A stretch of DNA of 20,000 bases from an uncultured virus (IMG/VR IMGVR_UViG_3300037843_000618) (IMGVR_UViG_3300037843_000618); one strand, 5' to 3'. Positions 6,773 through 15,172 are shown, counted from the stretch's first letter. Numbers and translations: made by a program. Notes: generated from the letters alone by a model not told the origin.

Positions 6773-8431
6773 TCACTCCCACCTGATCCCGATGGCGCAG
6801 TTCGGGACGGGAGTATAGTCGAAAATCTTCGTCATAAGGAACGTGTGCAGCGAGCCGTACATGTAGACGGAAATTAAGCCACCTTCGACGCAGTCCCCGG
6901 TCTTCATGCATATTGCACCAAGCAGCGGATTCCCCATGTAACCTACCGAAGGAAAGACGGGCAGAGGCGTTTGCAGTCCGGCGTCGGAAAGGGTCGTCAG
7001 CGAGGGGTATGGGGCCCACACGGGCCAGGTGTTGATGTTGGTTCCGATTGTCGCGTAGAATGTGGCGGGCATTGTGGGCTGAGCGCTGCCCGGCTTGAAG
7101 AGGGTGATGGCCCCCACCATGTTTCCCGGATTGCTGTTGCCGCAGCCTGTGCCGACGTATGTCGCATAGCTGTCAAGGTCGGTCCCGCTGCTGCTCTTCG
7201 CCCTGTCTATGGTTATTATAAACGGCGGAAAAACGCCGAACGAAGACGCGGTGCGCCACAGCATCATCGACAAGCTCCCCCCGGAATCGCTGGCGCAGAA
7301 GTCGCACTCCCACAGGGTGGCACCCGTCCCCGAGAGCGATGCGGCTGCCGACATCCCTATCTCGCTCGCGCCCAGCTTGTTCCCGGTGATCCAGCCGCCG
7401 CCCGTGGTTCCTGTCCCTATCATAAACAATATGGCCGGAGCGTTGGGGCTGCTCACACACCTGCCGTAGACCAAGCGCATGTAGAGGGGCGACAGACCAT
7501 CGTTGGTCTGCCAGACCTCGTAGGGATAAGGCGACCAGTGCGTCGTGTCCGTCGCCGGGTTTGTGTTTTCCGTGAAGGTGCCGTTTACGCCAGTCTCCGA
7601 CGTCCCTGTCGCCGTGACAGCGATAAGCCCTGCTCCACTGCTTATCTGGCCAGCGGAGGTGACCGTGAACGTCCCGCTGTTCCCCGCTCCGGTGACGGCG
7701 ACTACTATCGAGTGCCCCGCCATCGCGTAGGCGACCGAGTTGAGGCCCCCAGCCCCGGAAACCCAGGTGCCGAAAGCGGTGTTCGTCGAGCTAAAAGTCA
7801 GGACGGAGGGGGAAGAGACGGCGGTCCCGGACTGCAAGGTCGAGGCGGTCGCGTTGGGGTTGTTGAGCGTGATGCTCGTACCGGCGGATGCGGCGACGCA
7901 CATGAACGTCCCGTTGTTGTTCGACGCCGTCATCCCGGTGACGACGAATTGCACCCCGACCATGGCGGCGGTCGCGCCCGTGGTGGAGTACACGCTGCCC
8001 CCAACCCCCGCCGTCGTGCAGGCGGTGATGGGGTCGTTGATGGGAGGGCTGCCGGGCGAACCGAGGGTGATGTTCGGGTTTTGGGCAACCGTCACGCCAG
8101 CGGATACGGAGACTTGGGTGGCGTTGTAGCACCAGTACGTCAGGCCCGAGGGCGCATACGTGACGACGCTGAACGCCGCCTCCGTGGCCGGGATTGCCGT
8201 GGTGTAGGCGGTGCCTCCCACCCAAGCCGCTGGTGTCACCCAAAAGCCGTCCCCCGTGAACGGATAGGCGCTGGCGGTGGGAGTCGTGGTCAAGTTGCCC
8301 CAGACGATCTGCCCCGTGTCTGCGGTCTTTATCCATCCGAGCGTGGACATGGCCGTGCTTATGCCCTGCGCCCAAGCGAGGAAGTTGGCGAGGGTCGAGT
8401 TGTCATACGGCAAAGAGACTTGGTACTTCAT
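6773..8431 (-). CDS. Putative virion structural / fibre-like protein, 552 aa (paralogue of 8432-9625)
   Basis: Thr/Gly/Ala/Ser-rich, beta-type composition with few charged residues; shares several blocks with the upstream ORF. Confidence 0.75.
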   Translation of the reverse strand: MKYQVSLPYDNSTLANFLAWAQGISTAMSTLGWIKTADTGQIVWGNLTTTPTASAYPFTGDGFWVTPAAWVGGTAYTTAIPATEAAFSVVTYAPSGLTYWCYNATQVSVSAGVTVAQNPNITLGSPGSPPINDPITACTTAGVGGSVYSTTGATAAMVGVQFVVTGMTASNNNGTFMCVAASAGTSITLNNPNATASTLQSGTAVSSPSVLTFSSTNTAFGTWVSGAGGLNSVAYAMAGHSIVVAVTGAGNSGTFTVTSAGQISSGAGLIAVTATGTSETGVNGTFTENTNPATDTTHWSPYPYEVWQTNDGLSPLYMRLVYGRCVSSPNAPAILFMIGTGTTGGGWITGNKLGASEIGMSAAASLSGTGATLWECDFCASDSGGSLSMMLWRTASSFGVFPPFIITIDRAKSSSGTDLDSYATYVGTGCGNSNPGNMVGAITLFKPGSAQPTMPATFYATIGTNINTWPVWAPYPSLTTLSDAGLQTPLPVFPSVGYMGNPLLGAICMKTGDCVEGGLISVYMYGSLHTFLMTKIFDYTPVPNCAIGIRWE

Positions 8432-9625
8432 TTAGTCGAACCTCACCCCGACCCCCGCCATCGTCGCCTGTCCCAGCCCGAGGATTCCATTGGCGAAAGC
8501 CGTGACTGTCATGATGTAGCTGTGCGTCGCCCCGTAAACCGTGCAGGACTGCGTCGCTCCCTCCGTCGTGTCGGCCTCCTGCTGGACGATCAGCGCGGTC
8601 ATCGGGTTGCCGCAATACCCCACCAGCGGAAAAACGGGAAGAGCCGGGGTCGTGTTGTTCACGATGAGCGATGCCGTCGCTCCACCCAGCGTGGGGGCGT
8701 TGCCATAGAGGACGCGGACGGCGACGGCGGGGGTGCCGCTCAGGAACAAGCTCTGCTGCGCCCAGTTGGTGACTGCGGCGTAGCCCCTTACGTAGGTGAT
8801 GTAGTTCGAGTTGTAGACCGGGGCCGACGCGGTCGTGCCGGAGATGCTGCGTTCCACGCAGAGGATCGCGGGGCCGCTGGTGACCGAAGCGATGCCGCGA
8901 GACAGGTTCATGGCGAGATAGTTGGAGCCGTCAGAGGCGAAGTCGCATTCCCCCACGGTGGCCCCCACTCCTGTGCCGAAGAGGTATTCTGTCGATGTCA
9001 CGTTTCCGGTCAGGTAGCCGCTCGCCCCTACGCTGTAGCCCGTGCCGAACTGCACCGTCGCCATCGGGTCGGCGACGGCGGTGGCGCTGCACCCGTACTC
9101 GATCTTCATGTAGAACGGGGTTAGGCTTCCCGCGCCGGGCGTGAACTCCCAGATTTCCATGTAGTAGGGAGACCAGTAGGTCGTGTTGGACGGGATTTCC
9201 CCCACGGTGTTCGTCGTCGGGGAAATACAGATGTAGGTCAGCCCCGTCTCGCCGATGGACGGGGAAGACGCCGGAGTCCATATCACGACATTGCCCACCG
9301 CGTAGATGCCCTGCTGCCAGACCCCCATGAAGTTGGTCGAAGCCAATGCGGCGCGGGGCAGCGGGGCGACCCCAGCGGGAAACGCCGTGCCGTTCAAGCC
9401 GGAGACAGTTTGCCCGTTCGGCAGCGCGGCTGCGCCCACGGAAAGGGCGGTCGCCCACTGCGCCGTGTAGGTGTCCGCCATCTTGGTGAGCACACCGGCT
9501 CCCAAGGCTGTGCCGAGAACATAGGAGATGCCGCTGGTGGCGGGAGTGCCGGAGTTCCCCGCCCACGCGACCATGTGGGCTATGGTGTCGTTGATGAATG
9601 CGATTTGTGACTGAAAGGATGCCAT
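8432..9625 (-). CDS. Putative virion structural / fibre-like protein, 397 aa, with CBM5/12-like segment
   Basis: AGGAG RBS. WQQGIYAVGNVV...GLTYICI...PSNTTYW resembles the W-x-x-x-x-Y-x-x-G-x-x-V carbohydrate-binding module pattern. Confidence 0.75.
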   Translation of the reverse strand: MASFQSQIAFINDTIAHMVAWAGNSGTPATSGISYVLGTALGAGVLTKMADTYTAQWATALSVGAAALPNGQTVSGLNGTAFPAGVAPLPRAALASTNFMGVWQQGIYAVGNVVIWTPASSPSIGETGLTYICISPTTNTVGEIPSNTTYWSPYYMEIWEFTPGAGSLTPFYMKIEYGCSATAVADPMATVQFGTGYSVGASGYLTGNVTSTEYLFGTGVGATVGECDFASDGSNYLAMNLSRGIASVTSGPAILCVERSISGTTASAPVYNSNYITYVRGYAAVTNWAQQSLFLSGTPAVAVRVLYGNAPTLGGATASLIVNNTTPALPVFPLVGYCGNPMTALIVQQEADTTEGATQSCTVYGATHSYIMTVTAFANGILGLGQATMAGVGVRFD

Positions 9626-9664
9626 GATTGCTCCTAAATTAGGGTCGTGTATGCCCTTCCTTTG

Positions 9665-12352
9665 CTACGACTGGGTTGTCCAGACCGCTCCCGATATTTG
9701 CACCGCCGCAGACGAGTTGACCGAAATCTGCTTCCCCGATGTGCTCACGTAGTAAGGCTCCCCGTCCCCAGCGTGGTTGAGGACTCCGCTGCTGATGAGC
9801 AGAACGGGGCCGGTGAATGTGACGGGGATGCTGTTTGTGTCTTGAATAGTTATATTCGTCGTCGTCGTCGTGTTGCAGTTGACCAGGAACAGGCGCATTA
9901 CCCTGACGGTCTTTCCGGCCACCGCTGCGGGACCGATGTTGTTCACCCCCAAGGTGTTGAAGTTGACAGGCGTGCAGGTCCAGTTCGCGGTCGCCGGGGA
10001 GCCGGGGCGGATGCGATGGCTGCCCTGCAAATCGACAGATTGGAGAACTTGGTCGCCTTCCGTCCAAGGTCCCGGAGGCGCGGCGTTTGCGACGGCGGGC
10101 AGAACGCCGACGTTCGTCGCGGTGGGCGCGGCGTTGTTGTTGCTCAGGGTTCCCACGACCGTGGCATTCAGAAGGGAAGCGGTGCCTTGGCTGACTACCC
10201 ACGGCGATGTTGACTGTGTGACGCCGACAGACCCAGTGATCCCGACAGTTCCGCTCACCGTGACAGCCGGGGTGTTATTGGGGGAGATGGCAACGACCAG
10301 AGCCGGGTCGGTCGCAATTGCGGCGGTGGAAGCCGCCTTGACCGCAGCGATGTTCGTCCCGTCCGTGACCTTGATCGGCCAAGCGTTTCCCGTCGAGTTC
10401 GGGGTCCCCTGGCTGCTGTTCACGGTGATCGTACCCGTGTTGACCGTGCTGCTGACGTTCGGGGCGGCCAAGCCCTGCACGGTGTAGCTGACCACGGCCT
10501 CCGGCGCGGGGGGCGACCCAGTGCCCGAGATGGCGGTGTCATTGAAGATGCGGAAGTAGTTGAAGCCCGTGATGTTGAAGATAAACGCGGCAGCACCGGA
10601 CGTCCCGATGAGGGAGTACACGCCGTTGAACGTCATTTGCGTCCCAACGTTGACACCCGCCAATGCGATCCAATGGATGTTGTCGATGCTCACCTGGAAC
10701 GTGAGCGAGCCTGCGCTTATGGAACCGCTTGAGACGACCTCGACCGCCACGGAGTTGTAGTGGAGCGAGTTGCTCACCATGATCAGTGGGGCGGTGTGGG
10801 TCGGGTCGTATGTGTACGCCCCGACGCTGGCGGCCCCGGAGCCGCTCATGTTCAGGGCCGCCTCGGTCGAGATGTTCACGTTGGCGTAAGTCCCGGTGGG
10901 GGTCGTCCCGGCGAGCACGGAGCGGACAAGCTGCCCGTGCATGCCCGAGGTCAGGATGTCTGCGAGGTCGGTGATCACACCGTTGATCGGATTCGCCTTC
11001 AGGGTTGTTTGCAGCCTGAAGGTTGCCTGGGTCACCGACCCGTTCGTGTAAACAACTTGGTAGTATTGCCGCTTAACGGGGAAGATGAAGCTCTGCCCGG
11101 TCGGAAGCACGTCGGTGGCGGTAACGTAGGCTATGTCGAAGTCCCCCACATTCACGCCGTCTTCCGACCAATTGACAACCAGGCCAGCCGTGGAAGTCGC
11201 CGCCGAAATTTGGTCGGTGTCCACCGCGATCTGGAGCGCCGAGTAGCCCAGCGCGGAGTGCCACGCGCCCGTGAAGGCGAAGGTCGCCGACAGGGGGGTT
11301 GTCGAGGAGTTCCCCGCGTCAACGACGTCGTTCCCGGTTACCGTGCCCGAGACGCGGAGGGTTGGCTCCGCAGGTGATCCTGTGGTCTCCACCACGCTGG
11401 CAAGCGTCGTCAGGCTGGCTTCCGCCGCCAAATCTTGGACGACCCACGGGGAGGTCGATTGCGTTACGGCGACCGTGCCAGTGACCGTCGTCGATGCAAG
11501 GGAGACGACCCACGGGGAAGTTGATTGAGTTACGGCGACGGTGCCGGTCACGCTGACTGCTGATTGGTCGGAGGCTATGACTACCGGAACGGACGAGACC
11601 GAGACTTTTTGCCCGAGTGTCGTGGCTGTGCCGCCCCACTGGGAAACGTTCACGCTGGAGGAACTGCCGCCGACCTGCACGTTGACGTTCAGGTTGCCAC
11701 TGGCATCGACATGCAGGTTTTCAAGTAGACCGCTGGGGTTCTGCGCCCCCACAAGGATTGGGTTAAGGGGCGATGGCGGGCTTGCGCCGTTTGCCGTGGG
11801 CAGGTATGTGCCGGGAGGAAAGACGCCTTGCACCAGCGGGTCGGCCCATAGCGCGGTCGTGTTTCCGGGCTGAGAGATCAAAATCTCCCCAGCGTGCATC
11901 GGCAGGTTGCCGTCGATGTTTACCGTGCCGATCTCGTTCGCGTTGAGCACGCCCGAGCCTGCGTAGCCGAGGGACGCGCCGGTGCCGACGACCATGGCGG
12001 CGGTTGTGTTAGTGCCGGAGGTGATCACGCCAAAGCTGGGCGTTCCCCCTGCGGAGTACCATGCGCTGACATCCCCGCCAATGTCGGACGTCCAGACGAC
12101 GGCGGTGTAGCCGCCGCCGGGGCTTGGTGCGCTGCCGTTGAAGTCCGGGCTGGAGACCGGGGTGCCGTTTACGGAGACGGTCGATCCGCCCCCCGAGATC
12201 ATGGAGGAGTCTATCTTACCGGATGATGCGAGCAGGACGACCTTGCCCGCGTCCGCAGCGCCGCCAGAGGCCTGCACCGCGCCAACCAGAGACTCGTTGA
12301 GCGGTCCGCCAGGCTTCGTCTGCGTGACCTTGAACGTCTTGAATGTGTCCAT
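9665..12352 (-). CDS. Large putative virion structural / tail-fibre-like protein, 895 aa
   Basis: Very Thr/Ser/Val/Gly-rich with internal repeats; N-terminal SGGAADAGKVVLLASSGKIDSSMI segment of the kind seen in phage fibre proteins. Confidence 0.75.
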   Translation of the reverse strand: MDTFKTFKVTQTKPGGPLNESLVGAVQASGGAADAGKVVLLASSGKIDSSMISGGGSTVSVNGTPVSSPDFNGSAPSPGGGYTAVVWTSDIGGDVSAWYSAGGTPSFGVITSGTNTTAAMVVGTGASLGYAGSGVLNANEIGTVNIDGNLPMHAGEILISQPGNTTALWADPLVQGVFPPGTYLPTANGASPPSPLNPILVGAQNPSGLLENLHVDASGNLNVNVQVGGSSSSVNVSQWGGTATTLGQKVSVSSVPVVIASDQSAVSVTGTVAVTQSTSPWVVSLASTTVTGTVAVTQSTSPWVVQDLAAEASLTTLASVVETTGSPAEPTLRVSGTVTGNDVVDAGNSSTTPLSATFAFTGAWHSALGYSALQIAVDTDQISAATSTAGLVVNWSEDGVNVGDFDIAYVTATDVLPTGQSFIFPVKRQYYQVVYTNGSVTQATFRLQTTLKANPINGVITDLADILTSGMHGQLVRSVLAGTTPTGTYANVNISTEAALNMSGSGAASVGAYTYDPTHTAPLIMVSNSLHYNSVAVEVVSSGSISAGSLTFQVSIDNIHWIALAGVNVGTQMTFNGVYSLIGTSGAAAFIFNITGFNYFRIFNDTAISGTGSPPAPEAVVSYTVQGLAAPNVSSTVNTGTITVNSSQGTPNSTGNAWPIKVTDGTNIAAVKAASTAAIATDPALVVAISPNNTPAVTVSGTVGITGSVGVTQSTSPWVVSQGTASLLNATVVGTLSNNNAAPTATNVGVLPAVANAAPPGPWTEGDQVLQSVDLQGSHRIRPGSPATANWTCTPVNFNTLGVNNIGPAAVAGKTVRVMRLFLVNCNTTTTTNITIQDTNSIPVTFTGPVLLISSGVLNHAGDGEPYYVSTSGKQISVNSSAAVQISGAVWTTQS
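10193..11551 (-). repeat. Three copies of a 48-nt / 16-aa repeat VTGTVAVTQSTSPWVV (11504-11551, 11438-11485, variant 10193-10240)
   Basis: Read directly from protein and DNA; synonymous positions differ between copies. Confidence 0.9.
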
Positions 12353-12363
12353 CCGCTTCCCTG

Positions 12364-12386
12364 CTCTCGCTAAAGAGCGGGAAAGT
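12364..12386 (-). promoter_or_regulatory. Recurrent upstream motif copy (ACTTTCCCGCTCTTTAGCGAGAG) heading the structural operon
   Basis: Motif match 11 nt upstream of ATG 12352; GCTCT-6-AGAGC inverted repeat. Confidence 0.55.
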
Positions 12387-12447
12387 CAACTAGCTAGCTG
12401 AGATTGAGTGGGTTTGTGTCCTGCTATCTATCTTGAAAATCACGGGG

Positions 12448-12645
12448 TTAGGGGTTGGCTTGGTATTTGCCGAACTTCTTTTCGTAATAGACCAATAGCT
12501 GCTGCCGAAGCGGTCGTACCCGCATCTGCTTCACGCGTGACGGTAAGTTGCTGCCGTTGATGGCGTTTATCCTTCCCGCCAAGGCGAGTCCCTCGGTGCG
12601 GGGTATAAAAAGTCCGTTGATGTAATAGACGTCGATGTTGTCCAC
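12448..12645 (-). CDS. Hypothetical protein, ~65 aa
   Basis: GAGGAG RBS then GTG at 12645; co-oriented, immediately after the IF2-N-like gene. Confidence 0.6.
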   Translation of the reverse strand: MDNIDVYYINGLFIPRTEGLALAGRINAINGSNLPSRVKQMRVRPLRQQLLVYYEKKFGKYQANP

Positions 12646-12653
12646 GTTTCTCC

Positions 12654-13115
12654 TCAAATTTCCTCGCCGAAAGAATTCGCTATAGATTTTGCGCGGCCCA
12701 GCGTAACGCTGTCAACCCTCGGCTCCCTCAGGTTCGGGTTCGCCGCGAAGTGCCTCCGCACCTTTTCCGCTTCCTCGGCTTCGATGCGTGTGTTGTGCGT
12801 GATAATATTCGGGCGGCTGATGCTGAGTCCCGGCAACACAGCTAAGATTTCCCTCGCCTTGCAGCGCAGTTCTCCCGCAAGCTCGCTCACCCGTGTCCTC
12901 GCGGTCTTCATGGCGATCTTCGGTTCCACTGTTGCACCCGCAAGTTCCCTGAAATGCTTGCGTACTTCTTCCGCAGTGACGAGGCTTATCCGGCTCGAAT
13001 GAGTCTTCTTTTCGATGACGCCGATTTCCGGCAAATAGTCAATGACGGTTTTAGCTTTCACTTTAAGCTCGCGAGATAGCTCATTGATCCAAATCTCCTT
13101 CGGTTCCAGGTTCAT
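12654..13115 (-). CDS. Protein of two tandem translation initiation factor IF-2 N-terminal-like domains, 153 aa
   Basis: Repeats IWINELSRELKVKAKTVIDYLPEIGV..KKTHSSRI....AEEVRKHF and TRVSELAGELRCKAREILAVLPGL...THNTRIEAEEAEKVRRHF. ATGA overlap with the ligase stop; no GTPase domain. Confidence 0.8.
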   Translation of the reverse strand: MNLEPKEIWINELSRELKVKAKTVIDYLPEIGVIEKKTHSSRISLVTAEEVRKHFRELAGATVEPKIAMKTARTRVSELAGELRCKAREILAVLPGLSISRPNIITHNTRIEAEEAEKVRRHFAANPNLREPRVDSVTLGRAKSIANSFGEEI

Positions 13116-14140
13116 CTGTGTTGTTGTTCCTTTCTCAGCCCGTTGAACTCCACTGGCTTGCTCATCCAATGCTCGTCCGTCTGCACATGACCGCGCCGAA
13201 CATACTTGCCGACCACGAACGGGTATTCCCGCATGTGGAAGGAGCGAGCAGGGCGGGCGACAATGCCTTCCTGCTTGTCCGGGTGGATCGTCGCGCACAA
13301 TTCTTTGCACAGCGCGTCGCTGTACGGGCCGCGATGGATGACCGGGACGTGCTCAAGCCCAAGAAGCTGCGTCCATTCGACCGTCTCGTCCCATGCCAGG
13401 CACGTCAGTCCGTGCCACACGCCGAAGACCATAAAGTATGACGGCAGCCCACTGTATTTGATGCTGTGTTTCGCCGTTAGGTTCTCGCCGCACACGCGGT
13501 AATTTTTCGGTATGTCGTAGCTGCATGCCGCGTGGATCACCTTGATGAACGTTCGGCTGGGGTGCGCCTCGAACTCCAGCGACCGGGCGTGCAGGTCTCC
13601 GTTGTAAAATGTCGTGCCCTCGCCGTCCATCTTTTCGGTGAACACGTACTCGACGCCCTCCCACTCCTCGGTGCTCTTGAGCATCCGGTCGTCGTTCTGT
13701 AGGTTCGGACTCCATTTGAAATGAAAAGTTCTGGGGTACTTAATCCGATCAGTAAAGAAGTCTAGGACAGGTCGCAGGATTTTTTGGACAGGCTCTTCGT
13801 AAAAAAGCTCCCCCATCATCCTAGTCCCGTTTGAAAGGATCATGTTTCCCCACTTGTCGTACTCTTGATCCGAGAAAAAATGCGATGGCAGAACTATTTG
13901 CTCAATGTTTGCTTTAGCCCTGAGGGTTGTGCAGGAAATGAGCGTAGCTTCCGCAGCCAGATGGCACGTTTCACATAACATGACTCCGTTTTTGATGTAG
14001 TATCCTCCATCTGAAAATAATCTGCGCTCTACGATATGGTGGGCGTCTACACCTAGAAGACCGCAATTGACACAGCGATGCTTATCTCGCGTGAAAACTG
14101 CTTCACGGAACTGGTCGCGGGTTAGAAGTAGCCCTGACAT
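13112..14140 (-). CDS. RNA ligase (nucleotidyltransferase family) with N-terminal HNH domain, ~342 aa
   Basis: N-terminal RDKHRCVNCG...DAHHI...NGVMLCETCH; ligase motifs KYPRTFH, TEKMDGE (I), CGEN (III), FMVFGV (IIIa), EGIVAR (IV), KYVR (V). Start uncertain (14140 or 14164). Confidence 0.85.
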   Translation of the reverse strand: MSGLLLTRDQFREAVFTRDKHRCVNCGLLGVDAHHIVERRLFSDGGYYIKNGVMLCETCHLAAEATLISCTTLRAKANIEQIVLPSHFFSDQEYDKWGNMILSNGTRMMGELFYEEPVQKILRPVLDFFTDRIKYPRTFHFKWSPNLQNDDRMLKSTEEWEGVEYVFTEKMDGEGTTFYNGDLHARSLEFEAHPSRTFIKVIHAACSYDIPKNYRVCGENLTAKHSIKYSGLPSYFMVFGVWHGLTCLAWDETVEWTQLLGLEHVPVIHRGPYSDALCKELCATIHPDKQEGIVARPARSFHMREYPFVVGKYVRRGHVQTDEHWMSKPVEFNGLRKEQQHR

Positions 14141-14669
14141 GGTCTTCTGCGGTGCAGCCTCCATATTTCTTAGCGTTGTGGCAGTTCGCACAAAGCAGTT
14201 GTAGATCGTCGCGTTTCCCTTGCTTGAGGACAAGCTGATAGAACCTGCCGCCTCTAACTGATGCTGGAATTGATCGTCGTTCCTTTGCTCCATCATTGTT
14301 TTTGTGGTCTAGTTGCAAATGCTTTTGGTTGTCATCGCCGCAGGCTATTCCACTCGCGATGCAGGCACACTTCCCGCCGTACAATTCCAATACGTCAAGT
14401 CTGATCTGCCGATACTGCTTTTTGCCTTTCTCCCTCTCGCGTTCACGGCAGACCTTGCAAGTACTACGTCCTGTTACAGCCTTTCGCACTAAACATGACC
14501 TGCAAGTTCCTTTTGGTCGTCTAGCTTTTTGCCGTGCCGATATATCGCATCGGTCAGCCGCACACTCGTCGCACCGGACAATCCCCGCTCGCGGTGGTAA
14601 CTTACCGCAAGTGACACAAACGCCTTGTTCTTTCCGCCGATGGTAGAGTCGTAGTTGTGCTGATGCCAT
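14103..14669 (-). CDS. Free-standing HNH-type (probable homing) endonuclease with CxxC repeats, 188 aa
   Basis: Four N-terminal CxxC pairs, then YGGKCAC...LQLDHKNNDG...LQLLCANCHNAK; lower GC than the flanks. Confidence 0.8.
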   Translation of the reverse strand: MASAQLRLYHRRKEQGVCVTCGKLPPRAGIVRCDECAADRCDISARQKARRPKGTCRSCLVRKAVTGRSTCKVCREREREKGKKQYRQIRLDVLELYGGKCACIASGIACGDDNQKHLQLDHKNNDGAKERRSIPASVRGGRFYQLVLKQGKRDDLQLLCANCHNAKKYGGCTAEDHVRATSNPRPVP

Positions 14670-14689
14670 ACATATAAATACCCAGTAGT
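14670..14689 (-). promoter_or_regulatory. Recurrent upstream motif copy (ACTACTGGGTATTTATATGT) abutting the HNH start codon
   Basis: ACTAC plus G at position 19; degenerate at positions 11-12; no RBS before the ATG. Confidence 0.4.
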
Positions 14690-14707
14690 TCAGAAACTTG
14701 GGGTATT

Positions 14708-15172
14708 TTACTTCTTGTCTTCCTTGCAGAGCGGACAATCCTTCATCTTCATGCGGACGAGATCGCCGTGCTCGCGGGGATCGGTGTTCTTCTTCACGTC
14801 GGCGAGGCTCGTGCCCCACGCGCAGCCGTACTGCCCGACGTTGCCTGATTTGCTGATGAAGGCGAAGTGCAAGTAGTGCTTCTTCTTCTTCCTCCGCTTC
14901 TTCAGCAGCGCCGCCAGGGTCGAACCGGGCTGCGGGTGCTTCTCGTTGAGCCACTGCCCGTACTCGTTGCACGTCTTGAGGTCGTCCTCTGCGAACTCCT
15001 TGTACTCGATGCTGCAATCTGCCATCGCCTGCTTGATCTGCGCCCGGAGCCACGCCGGGACTTTCCTCCAGACTTCAGGCATGTGATCAGTTAACAAGTG
15101 GAACGTGGCGGTGAGCATCTCCGCCTTTGCCGCATGTGACAGCCGTTTTTCCCAATCATTCTTTTTAGACAT
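14708..15172 (-). CDS. Hypothetical protein, 154 aa
   Basis: Operonic ORF, GC3-rich codons, basic patch KKRRKKKK, C-terminal CPLC. Confidence 0.75.
   Translation of the reverse strand: MSKKNDWEKRLSHAAKAEMLTATFHLLTDHMPEVWRKVPAWLRAQIKQAMADCSIEYKEFAEDDLKTCNEYGQWLNEKHPQPGSTLAALLKKRRKKKKHYLHFAFISKSGNVGQYGCAWGTSLADVKKNTDPREHGDLVRMKMKDCPLCKEDKK

Noticed and set aside
6971..9124. 717-aa plus-strand ORF (and 511-1641, 15696-16595, 18837-19676)
   Set aside because: Antisense shadow frames of well-supported minus-strand genes in GC-rich DNA, with low-information translations.
11438..11551. Direct repeats as CRISPR array or DGR template/variable pair
   Set aside because: In-frame coding repeats that differ at synonymous positions. 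There is no spacer architecture, adenine-specific variation or reverse transcriptase.
13116..15053. Extended N-termini in the ORF track (13310, 14296, 15053; likewise 15656, 18548, 19072)
   Set aside because: They overlap other real genes in different frames; downstream starts with RBS or stop-start overlaps are better supported.
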